DNA from: Octopus sinensis
Taxonomy: Eukaryota
Assembly: GCF_006345805.1 (NCBI RefSeq)
Contig: NC_043011.1
Span: 22,580,464 to 22,644,463, forward strand
DNA: 64,000 nucleotides
Reading direction: 5' to 3'
This document shows, piece by piece, positions 11,776-24,728 of this stretch (the stretch's first letter is position 1; each line of letters opens with the position of its first letter). A model generated the notes under the pieces. It ran no database searches. It worked only from the letters and a program-made list of their open reading frames with translations, and was not told the DNA's origin. The position numbers and the translations under genes were made by a program.

Positions 11776-12536
11776 TATAGATACAGATAAACAGATAGAT
11801 ACACACACACACACACACACACATACGTATACACATAAACATATAAATATATAGATATGCATAGATACATACACGTGTGTACACCGTGCTTGTGTGTGTG
11901 TGTGTGTGCGTGTGTGTGCGTATGTGTGAGTAGGATTCTTACGATGATAGTGCTGCTACAGTACATTTCGCGAAGTATTGCTGCTGTTGCTATTGCTGAT
12001 AGTACCTCTAATAGTACAAATGTATTTCTACTAGTTCTGAAGGAATCTCAACGAGCTGAATCGACTTGCTACAAATAGCAGCCCAACCGCCACCGAATGG
12101 CACGCTACCATGCTGAAAAAGAAAGGACACATTGAACAATTGCTACCTAGGCACACTAACCTAAGAAACAAAAACGGGATGGTTACGGTTGGGATGACTT
12201 GGTAGTGGTTGATATGGCATCTAAGCGACAACAACAATAAGCAGTACTGTAGATGTTTCAAATGATAGTGCAGTGTATTCAACCAGTGGTGCTGTTTGCT
12301 TATCAAGTTTGTGTGTCGCTAATAGCCCTGTATAAACAGTTGATGATAATATTTTCCAGAATCTTGAGTCTCTCTACCTTCTCAACATCTTGGGGATCGG
12401 TTCTCGCATGTCACAAATGCTACTTTGTCAGAGTACTTGACATCAGATAAGTACAGGGAGCCGACGATACTCATTCGCAGTTTTCCACTTTTAATTTTTA
12501 CGCATAGTTGTTTTACACCCAGGCATATGTATATAT

Positions 12537-12610
<74 letters not shown>

Positions 12611-13725
12611 ATGTAAAGTATAAAAGCATCTCAATATGGCTATCACAAAAGGGGTGGGTTACTGTAGCTTTTTAGCCCCAGGAGATCATCGTCTCCAGCT
12701 GGCTTAAAGACACACTTTCTGAGCCCTTAAAGTATTTGCAAAGGGAGGCCATCCCTTTCTCGTAAGCCTGAGTGATACGCACCGGACCGCGGTTTCGAGA
12801 TTATTGTCTCTTATCAACGGGCGGTAATCACCAGATCACGATGAAAGGCAAGGCCTGTTTGCAAATATATAAGAGTTTTTCTAGTGACGTCTGTCACTGA
12901 TTTCGAAAAACTGACTGCAAGCATTATTAAATCTCAGAAATATATATATATATATACTACATATGTGGAAAATCGGTGTTTGTTTGTGGCGTTGTAAGCT
13001 AACTCTTCCTACATCGTTTTATTGATTTTGATGAAACTTGACACGTGAGGAGAACTCATGTCTGGTAACCTCGTGACATACTTAGATTGTTGAAAAAAAA
13101 TCGATAATACGGCCCCTGGAAAGGACCTTTATATCTATCTCATATAATATTTTTTTGTTTAAACACCCAAGGGAAATAACACATAGCACCTGTACAATTT
13201 TGCACTGTTAAACATTATTATTGCACTTCCTTAATTTGAATCTTAAACATTAAAAACTTCATTCATACATTTCTATACATACATACTTTTTTGAATGCCC
13301 ATTACTCCGATAGGTCTGTATTTTTACAGTTATACTTTCTCCATGACAGTAGATAATTTTTTTTATTCCACAACGCATTTGTAGTGGCTTCATGCAAGCA
13401 TAGCGTGGATTCGATCCTCGATTGCCAAATTTCACTTAATACTTCAAAAGCAACACTTTTCTCACGATAAAACAATAGTTTTTCAGTGAATGACAACAGT
13501 TATACATTTCTCAGGTGCCTTCGCTAAGCAGAATAATGTCTTTGCTTCTCACCAATCTCCAACAATCTCTCCCTCCTCCAGCTGAGAGTTTTTTTTTTTT
13601 ACTTTTTCGTGACGGAAAATACACCTTTTGTGGCAGTTATAACAAAATTGGTTTCTTATATCAGAGCAATAAGGCTTTTCAATAGAACATATTTACTCCC
13701 GGGAATTACCGGGTACACCAGCTAG

Positions 13726-13764
<39 letters not shown>

Positions 13765-14105
13765 CTCTATGACTGGATGTTGAGGCAGTTACTCAACAAC
13801 TCAAATGTGGACGTAATACACCTTGACTTTGCAAAAGCTTTTGATAAAATGAATCATGGTATGATAAGCAGGCTGTTTGGGAGAATATTAAAAAGCTGTG
13901 GTCCCCTGACATCCAGATTGATGCAGTAACTGGTCCAGAAGCGCAACGGCATTGTTGGGATCTTTGCCACTGTGCAGTGGCGACCCGTTCTGGCATTCGT
14001 GTAACTTTCAGTGACAAAATTTTGGCACTGAAAGTTAATATTCTCCCAAACAGCCTGGGGGACCTGCACAAAGTGGATATAGATGATTTCAAATCAAAAC
14101 TGGGG
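13765..14105. mobile_element. CR1/L2 LINE fragment, internally deleted and inverted
   Basis: + strand NVDVIHLDFAKAFDK (RT motif); - strand ESYTNARTGRHCTVAKIP (homologous to 580-640); + strand NILPNSLGDLHKVDIDDFKSKL. Confidence 0.85.
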
Positions 14106-14689
14106 AAGTGTCTTCTACTATAGTCTTGGGCGAAACAAAGCCTTGAGTAGATTTGGTAGACGGAAACTGGAAGAAGGCAGTCGTATATATATATCCTTTG
14201 AAATTGTAATTTACTCCATGATAGAATACTGCAGTTTTCTGCGGTACTGCTCGTAACATACACGTGTGTACAAGGGATGAATAATGTATTCAAATTCGGC
14301 TGTGTAAATTTGTGTGCATATTTAAACGTAGCACTTTCAAATTTTATAATTGGAAATGCTACACTGCAGAGAGAAGTAAGTAATTTAAACGCTTTAATCT
14401 CGAAACTCATATGTGGTTGATTGGAGTCGTGTTGATTCGTTGTTTTTCTCTTTGCCTACGTAAAAAAGTGTGTTACTGTCGTGGAGATGCTTACAGTAGT
14501 AGAAAAGGAATTTTTAGCTCCTATTTCTAAATTCGGTATGTCGTGAAGCAATTAGCTGACTCCTAATTATAATTATGTTTATAATTAATAAATATCTGTA
14601 TAATTTTACATATAAAGGTTATTTTCACGTACCGATCTACTTGGTAAAAATAATTAATTAATTGACTGATTAATTAATTTTACCCTTTT

Positions 14690-14731
14690 ATTATTAATAA
14701 TATATATAACATGTATAAGATATATATATAT

Positions 14732-14778
<47 letters not shown>

Positions 14779-14970
14779 ACATACATACATAACATACATA
14801 TATATATATATATATATACATACATACATATATATACATACATACATGCATTACAAACATACATACATATATATATACATACATACATGCATATACAAAC
14901 ATACATACATACATACATATATATTATATATACAACATATATATATACATACATACATGCATATACAAAC

Positions 14971-15001
<31 letters not shown>

Positions 15002-15065
15002 CATATATATATATACTACATATATACATATATACATACACATATATACATACATATATATATAC

Positions 15066-15098
<33 letters not shown>

Positions 15099-15332
15099 CA
15101 TACATATATACATACATATATATTACATACATATATATATACATATATACATACATATATACATACATATATACATACATATATATACAGTTATACATAT
15201 ATATAATATATATATTATATATAGATATTATATATATATATATATATATACACACACATATATAACATACATATATATACACACAACACACACACACACA
15301 CACACACATAATATATTATATATATATATATA
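14690..15332. repeat. Compound (TA)n/(TACA)n/(CA)n microsatellite
   Basis: Direct inspection. Confidence 0.95.
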
Positions 15333-16519
15333 GGAAAAAAGCAACAAGAATGGATCAAATATCGGTACAATGTCTTCGTACGAACAATTGTACCGATATA
15401 TTGATCCATTCTTGTTGCTTTTTTCTATTTGTAATCACCACACTTTGTCGTATGGTTAACACCATATAGATTTCTGGTGCATCCAAAGTTAAGTACCATA
15501 TCATGTGAATTCAACAGAACTCACTTGAATCTTAATTGCTTATATAATATATATATATATATATTATATATATATATATACATACATACATATGGTGGCT
15601 GCCCCCTCGTTATCGAGTATGGCCATTGCACGAAGCTTAATCAATGTTGTTATCGTGCAATGCCTGTGCAAAAGAAGAATTTTTTAAGTGAGGAAAGGCT
15701 GTGCACTGAGTCAATCCCACTCACTAAGCAACAGCAGCCATAATCCGAAAAGAAGAACAAGTCAAAACATCATCGGTAACCACCGAACCGCAGGTTTTAT
15801 GTCGGAGTTATCCCAGTTACCTGAGTTACCTTCTCCTAGAAGGATGCCCTAACAAAGGCTAGGAGTCCTTCACTCCCAATGGTTTAACCGCGCGATCGGG
15901 TATTCAGTCCGATTATTTCTATGTCCCAGCGCATGATACAGCCTTAAGACATTTATTGGATGGCCGTTGACTCTCAAGAGTTCCTCCGCCCTTTGACGGG
16001 TTTTATTTTTCACCCCGCAGGGTGTCCAATAAACACCCTCCTCACCAAGCAAGCTTGGTGGGGTTGCCGGTTTAGTTTACACAGAATAAGTCCTGGGGTC
16101 GATTTGCTCGACTAAAGGCGGTGCTCCAGCATTGCCGCAGTCAAATGGACTGAAACAAATAAAAGGATAAAAGAATATGTTATATATACATATATATATA
16201 TATATACACAATATGACAATATGTATATATATATATATATATATATAATATAACATGTGTGATATATGTCTATAACATGTATATATATATACATATGTTA
16301 TATTATATATATATATATACATATGTTATATATATACATATATATATACATATATATACATATGTATATATATATATACATTTGTTATATATTATATATA
16401 TGTAATATTATATATATATATACATATGTTATATATATATATACATTTGTTATATATATATATATATATGTAAATATATATATATATACATATGCAATAT
16501 ATATATATATATACATATG

Positions 16520-16565
<46 letters not shown>

Positions 16566-16567
16566 GT

Positions 16568-16737
16568 GCAGGAGTGGCTGTGTGGTAAGTAGCTTGCTAA
16601 CATGGTTCCAGGTTCAGTCCCACTGCGTTGGATCTTGGGCAAGTGTCTTCTGCTATAGCCCCGGGCGGACCAATGCCTTGTGAGTGGATGGATTTGGTAG
16701 ACGGAAACTGAAAGAAGCCTGTCGTATATATGTATAA

Positions 16738-16794
<57 letters not shown>

Positions 16795-16926
16795 GTGTGT
16801 GTGTGTATGTGTTTGTGTGTCTGTGTTTGTCCCCCTAGCATTGCTTGACAACCGATGGGTGGTGTGTTTACGTCCCCGTCACTTAGCGGTTCGGCAAATG
16901 AGATCGATAGAAATAAGTACTGGGCT
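16568..16926 (+). mobile_element. SINE-A, 3'-truncated
   Basis: gcaggagtggctgtgtgg through aaataagtactgggctta. Confidence 0.88.
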
Positions 16927-16967
16927 TATAACAACAAAAACAACGGCAAAATCGTTATAGAAGTATT

Positions 16968-16993
16968 AACAACAACAACAACGACGACGACGA

Positions 16994-17041
<48 letters not shown>

Positions 17042-17055
17042 TGATGATGATGATG
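16968..17055. repeat. Compound trinucleotide repeat (ACA)n-(ACG)n-(ATG)n
   Basis: Direct inspection. Confidence 0.95.
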
Positions 17056-17635
17056 TACCCAATAAAATTTCAGAAATTATCTAGCGTTAAGCAGTAACTG
17101 TTCAAGCGCTAAATATAACTAAATTTTATCTAAATTGAAGGAAGGAAGATTCGTTCTCTCCAATTATGAAATACATTACAAAATCTACAATAGCGACATC
17201 AGATAGGAAGTAAAACTTGAGAAAGACTGACTGACTAGGAGGACACCGTCTGTGAAAATGAGCCATCATATTTATTTACACACACACAAATACACACACA
17301 CAAATACACACACACACACACACGTGTATGCATGAACCTCGCAGTACAAGTGCATGCACTATTTGTACGAGTAATTTGCTGTACGGGCCGAGACTCGTGC
17401 GCTTTTTGGTCTAGAAGAAGTAGGAGTGGAAATCCGCAGCTCGAGCGAACTTCACATACAAGCAACCACAAATCAGCGCTGTGCTGGCATAGGCTCTCCC
17501 AAGAAGCGCACCTTCCACTCGCTCACTTCACGTGTTTATCTCGTTGTGGAGGCATCCTTGTTGTGTTTTACCCAGTGTTTTATTTTAGTTTTGTGCATTT
17601 TGCTTATTGTTTTATACTAATTTGTTGAGTTAGCC

Positions 17636-18350
17636 ATGGGTCCTAAGAAGGTTAAGTGCAAGGAAAAGTGATGAGAAGAAAAAGCTGATTAGGATAGAAT
17701 TGAAGAAGGAAATCATTGATAGACACGAGAGAGGAGTGCGTGTAGTGGACATAGCATGTCAATGCAACCGAAGCACGTCGACAATCTGCACCACCCCGAA
17801 GAAAAAGAACGAGGTCAAGGCCGTTACAACAGCAAATGACGTCTCCAGGTTCTCCAAGCAATGCACATCTGTCCACGAAGAGATGGAAAATTTGCTCCCC
17901 TGTGGATCAACGAGAAGCAACTCGCAGGAGATACGATTCCGGAGACCATCATCTGCGAGAACGCACGAGCGCTGTATGGGGATCACCCGAAGGAAAACCC
18001 TGGAACATCAACGGAGAAGACACACCAGCAGAAGCATTTAAGGCCAGTCGTGGCTGGTTCCGATAATTTCAAAAAGAGAACTTGTGTTTATAGCGTCGTC
18101 AGGTATGTAGAAGCAGCGACTTCTGACACAAAGGCTGCTGAGGATTTCGTGCGCAGCGAGTGGTACATCGCACAACAGGTATTCAACTAATAAAACTGAC
18201 CTTTTTCGAGAACAAAAAAATGCCCAGAAGAACCTTACATAACTGCAGATGAGAAGGAAATGCCAAGCCACAAGCCTATGAAAGATAGACTAACTGTCGC
18301 CCTTTGTACCGATGGGGGTGGAAACTTGAAGATTTACAGCTTCTTGTCTA
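17636..18350 (+). pseudogene. Tigger/pogo (CENP-B-like HTH + DDE) transposase remnant
   Basis: MGPKK...IELKKEIIDRHERGVRVVDIA; LWINEKQLAGDTIPETIICENAR; FKASRGWF; QQVFN; HKPMKDRLTV, broken by frameshifts. Confidence 0.88.
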
Positions 18351-18389
18351 CCATTCCGAAATTCAACGAGCGTTCAAGTCGCAATACAC

Positions 18390-18399
<10 letters not shown>

Positions 18400-18431
<32 letters not shown>

Positions 18432-18436
18432 ATATG

Positions 18437-18470
<34 letters not shown>

Positions 18471-18663
18471 TATATATATATATTATATATATATAATATG
18501 TATATATGTATATGTATATAAATATATATATGTATATATGTATATGTATATGTATATAAATGTATATGTATATGTATATGTATATATATATATATATTAT
18601 ATATATGTACGTTTATAAAAAGTGTAGGTGGCAAATATATATGTAAGTATATATATGTAAGTG

Positions 18664-18698
<35 letters not shown>

Positions 18699-18782
18699 AG
18701 GTACGTATATATATGTATATATATATGTGTGTATATGTATGTATATGTATGTATATGTATATATATGTATGTGTATGTATGT
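18400..18782. repeat. (TA)n/(TATATG)n microsatellite
   Basis: Direct inspection. Confidence 0.95.
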
Positions 18783-19367
18783 ATGGTCTCCCTACACAAA
18801 ACAAAATATTATGAGACTTGAAGCTCCCCAAAGGTCAATCACAAAAAAGATAGATGGCATGTCAGACCTTGACTACTGGGGTAGACTAGAGAAGCTGAAA
18901 CTGTATTCACTCCAACGACGCCGTGAACGCTACATTATCTGTATGATGTGGAAAATATTCCATCAGCACTGTCCGAATGATGTTGGCATCACCTTGAAAA
19001 TACATCCAAAGCTTGGACCACGTACCATCCGTCCACAACAAAAATCTAAATCGCATCACATAACGACAATACGGCACAATTATTTCACCTCAATTGGACC
19101 TGCTCTCTTCAACATTACACCAGGACACGTCAAAATAGAAACTGACCACACAAAATTCAAGAAGTCTTTGGACAAATTCCTTCAAACAGTCCCGGACAAA
19201 CCACCCATACCCGGATATGTCTCCGCAAACAATAACTCTCTGCTCGAATGGGCGGGCCTTGGTGCCCAAATCCTGAATTGAAAGACTTCGCCAGGTGGTG
19301 CTATTAAGTTAGACATGGCCTGGGCCAATACTGGCCAAAACCTTTCTAAGTTATTTCTAAGTTATAT
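18780..19367 (+). mobile_element. CR1/L2-clade LINE, 5'-truncated 3' end with intact C-terminal frame
   Basis: [51 protein letters not shown]...FKKSLDKFLQTVPDKP to the stop at 19281; short 3' UTR and tandem ttctaagtta tail. Confidence 0.88.
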
Positions 19368-19776
19368 ATCGTTCAGGCGTTGCGAGACCTGGTGTAGAAC
19401 TCAATATATATACGCTTCAGAACGAAGCGTGTTTGTCGAGCACATAGCGGTAAACATCTCATAGCAGAAACAGCTGTAAGCTAATGAGGTTCATAGATAA
19501 CCATTTATTCCTTTGTCATTTCATGTTCTTATATATACACATACATGCATGCATACATACACTATACACACACGTACGTGCACGAGGGGCCTCTTCATAA
19601 TTTCTTCTCTGCCAAATTACACTCAGAAGCCAATTGAGAAATCTGCGGCACCTTGCAAGAACATACTCGTTCAAGGTGCCGCACAATGGGTTTGCACCCA
19701 AGGCCACACAGTTGCAAAGCGAACCTCCTTACCACTCAGTCATTTACGTACCCACACAATGAACGTCTTTAAAATT

Positions 19777-20193
19777 AAGGCAGCGAGCTGGCAGAAACGT
19801 TAGCACGCCGGGCGAAATGTTTTGCGGTATTTTGCTTACCGCTACGTTCTGAGTTCAAATTCCGCCAAGGTCGACTTTGCTTTTCATCCTTTCGGGGTCG
19901 ATTAAATAAGTACCAGTTACGCACTGGGGTCGATATAATCGACATAATCCGTTTGTCTGTCCTTGGTTGTCCTCTCTGTGTTTAGCCCCTTGTGGGTAGT
20001 AAAGAAATAGGTATTTCGTCTGCCGTTACGTTCTGAGTTCAAATTCCGCCGAGGTTCACTTTGCCTTTCATCCTTTCGGGGTCGATAAATTAAGTACCAG
20101 TTATGCACTAGGGTCGATGCAATCGACTTAATCCCTTTGTCTGTCCTTGTTTGTCCCCTCTATGTTTAGCCCATTGTGGGCAATAAAGAGATA
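19777..20193 (+). mobile_element. SINE-B dimer (full copy followed by a 5'-truncated copy)
   Basis: After the first aaagaaata tail the sequence restarts at ggtatttcgtctgccgttacg. Confidence 0.88.
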
Positions 20194-20239
20194 ATTAAGG
20201 TCTTTTTTAAAATTCAAATCTAGTTCAGAAGTTTTGAAG

Positions 20240-20535
20240 ACGTGTGGGTCAGTGGTTAGGGTATGCGGCTCACGATCGTGAGTTCAATTCCCGGCAGTGT
20301 GTTTTGTCCTTGGATAATACACTTTATTGCAAATCGCTCCAGTCCGCTCAGCTGGCAAAAATTGGTATCAGTAATTCAAATAGCCAGACTTGTCACGTTC
20401 AGTATGTCACGCTGAATCTCCCTGGAAACTACGTTTAGGGAATGCTGTGGAATGTTCAGCCACTTGTGCGTTAATCTCACGAGCAAGCTGTTCCGTTGAT
20501 TGGATCAATTGGAACTATCGTCGTCGTAATATTAA
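20240..20535 (+). mobile_element. Older SINE-C-related copy (tail type 2)
   Basis: tRNA-like head and the gtcacgctgaatctccc...aactacgtt...tcgtcgtcgtaa tail seen at 49070-49200. Confidence 0.7.
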
Positions 20536-20726
20536 GTTCAGAAGTTCTGGTGTAACTCTAGAAAGAGTAATTTTAATGTTGTGTTCCTTTACAAGCACAT
20601 GTGTTTAACTGCGAAACATTGATATTAACTGTTGTAGCTGTTTCGCCCTAGGTCAAGCCTGAATAAACATTCCCGTCATGATCATCCTATTATTCAGTCA
20701 AACATGATTAATATTTCCAGGATTAT

Positions 20727-20937
20727 AAGCGGCGAACTGGCAGAATCATTAGTACGCTGGATAAAATGCTCAGCGACATTCCGTCTCTCTTTAGGTCCTG
20801 AGTTCAAATTCCGCCGAGGTTGACTTTGCGTTTCATCCTTTCAGGGTCGATAAAACAAGTACCAGTTGAGTACCGGGATTGATGTAATCGACTTACCCCC
20901 TTCCCTGAAATTGCTGGCCTTGTGCCAACATTTGAAA
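20727..20937 (+). mobile_element. Older SINE-B with a 14-bp TSD
   Basis: Flanked by aatatttccaggat on both sides. Confidence 0.85.
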
Positions 20938-21372
20938 CCAATATTTCCAGGATCATATTGTTCAGTCTGTCCTTCTGTTTAACCCTTTAGCATTCAGATT
21001 ATTCTATCAAATGTAATACTTATTTATCTAGATTGTTTTGAATTAATCATGCATTATCTCATAGCTTCAAGTGTTCAATGATGTGATTATTTCTTTTTAG
21101 AATGACACTAGCAAACGCACCCGTCCTTTGGACGGTTTAAGTTGCTTTCGTGGTATTTTTTTCACCAAATAATTGAACTACCGAGAAGGTTTGTGTGTAG
21201 CACGGCAATCTTTTTCTGATTAACCTAGGAATGGAAAATCAAATTGAAGGCTGGTTATTGTGGAGGTCGTTGCACTTTTAATGATCATAGAACATATAAG
21301 TTTGCAAGCCATGTAAAGTAGAGCTACTGAAGTGTTTTGTGAGTAGATTACAGATAATGACTACAAAATATA

Positions 21373-21606
21373 TATTTCTTTATTGCCCACAAGGGGCTAA
21401 ACATAGAAAGGACAAACAAGGACAGACAAGGGGATTAAGTCGATTACATCGACCCCAGTGTGTAACTGGTACTTATTTAATCGACCCCGAAAGGATGAAA
21501 GGCAAAGCTGACCTCGGCGGAATTTGAACTCAGAACGTATTGGCAGACGAAATACAACTAAGCATTTCGCCCGGCGTGCTAACGATTCTGCCAGCTCGCC
21601 GCCCTT
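21373..21606 (-). mobile_element. Young SINE-B with a 15-bp TSD
   Basis: TSD tgactacaaaatata at 21358-21372 and 21607-21621. Confidence 0.92.
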
Positions 21607-22261
21607 TGACTACAAAATATAGTTGTCAGAAACAGCCACATAAATGGCGAAGGAAATTGAAGAAAAATGTTGAAACTTCCCCTCTGCGAGTTTATTTTTC
21701 TCAACAGCAAAGGGAGCTATTTTTTTCGGAGAGAAAAGCTAACAAAAACCCCTCCATTCTATCTTCCCACATAGCGTGCACATAAACTAACAACGAATGC
21801 TGCATAAAGTTAAATTAGTATGGAGCTTCCTGATAGATACGTAGTATAGCTTTCGCTAGTGGAAGCAAAACTCTTATTTGCAGGTTGATTCTTTGGGACG
21901 AACCATATGTGAGTGTTTAAAAAGGCTTGAATGACAATGCTAAAACGTATTTGAAACAATGGACAGCAGTCGAAATATCATAATGGCTGGGTAAAGAAGC
22001 ATCCTTAAAGTAAAACAACGGCATCAAAGGTAAAAAAGGTATCAACAAATAGAAGAGAGGAAAGGGAACATCACCTTTCAAGTAACTCAGAATAGGTAAA
22101 GGTAAGCTTGCCAAAGTTTAATGCAGTTTCAATATGTAGATTAAGATAGTTTGGTGTTGGATATTCATCACATATACATAGTTTTCCTAGTCGATTGAAT
22201 CACCGTCGTAAGTGGACAGCAGAAATAAATAGACAAAATCCTTTCACTTTTATAAAAAAGA

Positions 22262-22628
22262 CTAGCAGTATCGCCCGGCGTTGCTCGGGTTTGTTTCGAC
22301 CCTTTAGAATTGGAAATTTTGAAAAGTAAAAATTTTGCATTATGTAGGTTGTTATTCTCATTAAGTGAACATTTTTCTGGTTGAAATACACCGAAAAATG
22401 GCGACACAGCAGTCAAAAAATCGTAAAAAATAGGGATTTTCATAAAAAAAAGTACCTTTTTGATGTAAATAATTTTTGGTGTTAATATGGTCCGATTTGA
22501 AGACCAAGCCTTCTATCATACTCTCAATTTTGGTCAACTTGCACCGCAGGGTCTTGGAAGAGAAAGTGTTAGTTGAAGGCTACCAAACCTGCCATACGCA
22601 AACAACTTCAGCTTTATATATAGAGAGA
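22262..22628 (-). mobile_element. Non-autonomous Helitron (family H2), complete
   Basis: A|TCTCTCTATATATAAAGCTGAAG 5' end; cccgagcaacgccggg hairpin + gatactgCTAG|T 3' end. Confidence 0.85.
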
Positions 22629-23478
22629 TTAGTCACCGGCAGCTTGCATGAGCTTGCTAGCGCTTAGGCTTAATAAGTTTATGCAGCCGTGAAAAAAATC
22701 GATAATGCTTTTGCAGCAAAGTTGCAGCTCACAGCGATGACGTCATTTGAAGCTTTACGTGCCAGGAAAAATTCAATATTTTTGTTTAATTTTCAAACTT
22801 TTTCGACCTTAAAAGCAAAATTTCGCGTCGACTAAAAATGTGCATTATAGCCCTTCTCAAGGGCTACATGCAGATGTAATTTTTTTTCCTGAAAAGGCTT
22901 ACAATGTGATCAGAAAAAAAAAATTTAAAAGAAAATGAGGGCAAAAAGCAGTCGTTTTTCACAATGAAAAATCTTTGCTTAGTAACCTGAATTTCGCGAC
23001 AAAATGCATGATTATAAAGCACAACAGCCTAAAGTGCATGCCGTTGGGCGTTAGATGCCGATCGCGCCAATCTGGAGGGGCTTAGAGCCCCCTTGAATCG
23101 ATAAAAAAATCACTCTTCTCACCATAGCAACCGCATCTTTCCAGATGGTGAGTTTTAACCAACTCAACTCTCTATCTCATCACGCCTTCTATGCCTGTGT
23201 AAATTTTCAGCTCGATCCGAACACTGGTCTGGCCTCCAACCTCTGACGTAGCAAAATGTGCACACAATTTTGACCCAAAGCCTCTTTTATATATATAGAT
23301 TATAGGCTAGGTGCGATAGGCCGGATTTGGCCGGTTTGAACATAAGACAGGTAGAATATTTCTTTCAGGTATGGCCGATTTTGATGCTAAAAGGTTAAAA
23401 CGGTCGATAGTGATTTGAGAAATTGGGTGTTGTTTCTAATAAGTAGAATAACCGAGCAGAAGCGGTCTCCTTGCCTCG

Positions 23479-23531
<53 letters not shown>

Positions 23532-23739
23532 TATGTTTGACTTTTGCTTTATGTCTGTACAAGTTGGCTCCAAGTCTCACCCAGAGACCTCAAGAGACAA
23601 CAGGTTAGAAGTTCTGTGCCATATATTTGGGGTTTTTTTTTTTTTGGTGTTGTACTAGTGAATGTCTAATACATAAAATAAAATAAATAAAAAATAAATA
23701 AATAAATAATAAAAAAAAGTTTGTTTTAAACCTTGGGAT

Positions 23740-23767
23740 ATTATTATTATCGTAATTATTATTATTA

Positions 23768-23803
<36 letters not shown>

Positions 23804-23915
23804 TATTATTATTATTATTATTATTATCGTAATTATTATTATTATTGTCATTATTATCATTATTATTATCGTAATTATTATTATTATTGTTATTATTATT
23901 ATTATATTATTATTA
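23740..23915. repeat. (TAT)n tract with a higher-order repeat of attattattatcgtaattattattattattg (3x)
   Basis: Direct inspection. Confidence 0.85.
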
Positions 23916-24088
23916 TGTCTATGTGCCAAGAAAGATTTCATCTGCTAAATGATGCGGAAACCGTGGATTGAGGAAGTAAGTACTCTATGACATTCTGTGG
24001 AAGAGTGTAACATTTTAGAACACACAATCAATCTTAGTACTTACCAAAAATCAGTGAATCTGATCTTTGGTAAGTACTAAGCTGGTTC

Positions 24089-24320
24089 AGGCGGCGAGCT
24101 GGCAGAAACGTTAGCACGCCGGGCGAAATGCGTAGCCGTATTTCGTCTGCCGTTACGTTCTGAGTTCAAATTCCGCCGAGGTCGACTTTGCTTTTCATCC
24201 TTTCAGGGTCGATTAAATAAGTACCAGTTACGCACTGGGGTCGATATAATCGACTTAATCCGTTTGTCTGTCCTTGTTTGTCCTCTCTGTGTTTAGCCCC
24301 TTGTGGGTAGTAAAGAAATA
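24089..24320 (+). mobile_element. Young SINE-B, full length
   Basis: aggcggcgagctggcagaaacgttagcacgccgggcg...gtttagccccttgtgggtagtaaagaaata. Confidence 0.92.
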
Positions 24321-24347
24321 GATATATAAAAAAATATATGGTTTTAA

Positions 24348-24403
<56 letters not shown>

Positions 24404-24697
24404 CAAGTGTTCTCTATATAGAATACACTTCGAAGTGCTCAAGCGATATGAACTTGAGCGGGTAGATGAGTAAATGTGATGACAAACAAGTCGATTTACA
24501 CAGAGCGTTAAATATATTTAATAGAAAAATGTACATGTATATGAATATAATATAGTCCGACTTACAGAATATAAATGATATCAGGAGTTCAATGGGTATA
24601 GTTTTACGAGCTGTTTCTGGGGTCTTGGTGGTCCAGAATAGTGATGGTTGCTTGGATCCATTATCCGGAATAATGATGTTCCTTGGATCCGTATATA

Positions 24698-24704
<7 letters not shown>

Positions 24705-24728
<24 letters not shown>

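Larger units (their letters stand above)
21108..23299 (-). mobile_element. Composite non-autonomous Helitron
   Basis: 5' A|TCTATATATATAAAAG at 23299; 3' hairpin ccgtcc-aaa-ggacgg then CTAG|T at 21108; internal terminator and a nested Helitron. Confidence 0.75.
20983..23394. mobile_element. piggyBac-type MITE split into 20983-21107 and 23300-23394
   Basis: TTAA|CCCTTTAGCAT left end and ATGCTAAAAGG|TTAA right end (10/11 TIR match, TTAA TSD); the halves rejoin as ...agaatgaca|ttataggctagg... Confidence 0.75.

Noticed and set aside
12960-13260. Possible Helitron/MITE 5' region (ttgatgaaacttgacac)
   Set aside because: No defined termini, hairpin or TSD found.
14640-14686. AT-rich hairpin ggtaaaaataattaa...ttaattaattttacc with TAAT clusters
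   Set aside because: Low-complexity AT sequence; an enhancer claim cannot be supported from sequence alone.
19425-19492. gaaacagctgtaagc motif resembling HHR stem III
   Set aside because: No CUGANGA core upstream; too decayed to call.
24600-24685. Minus-strand ccggataa-tgg...cca-gaaacagctcgta, HHR-like
   Set aside because: Two or more core positions are altered and stem I is unconvincing; possibly a fossil only.
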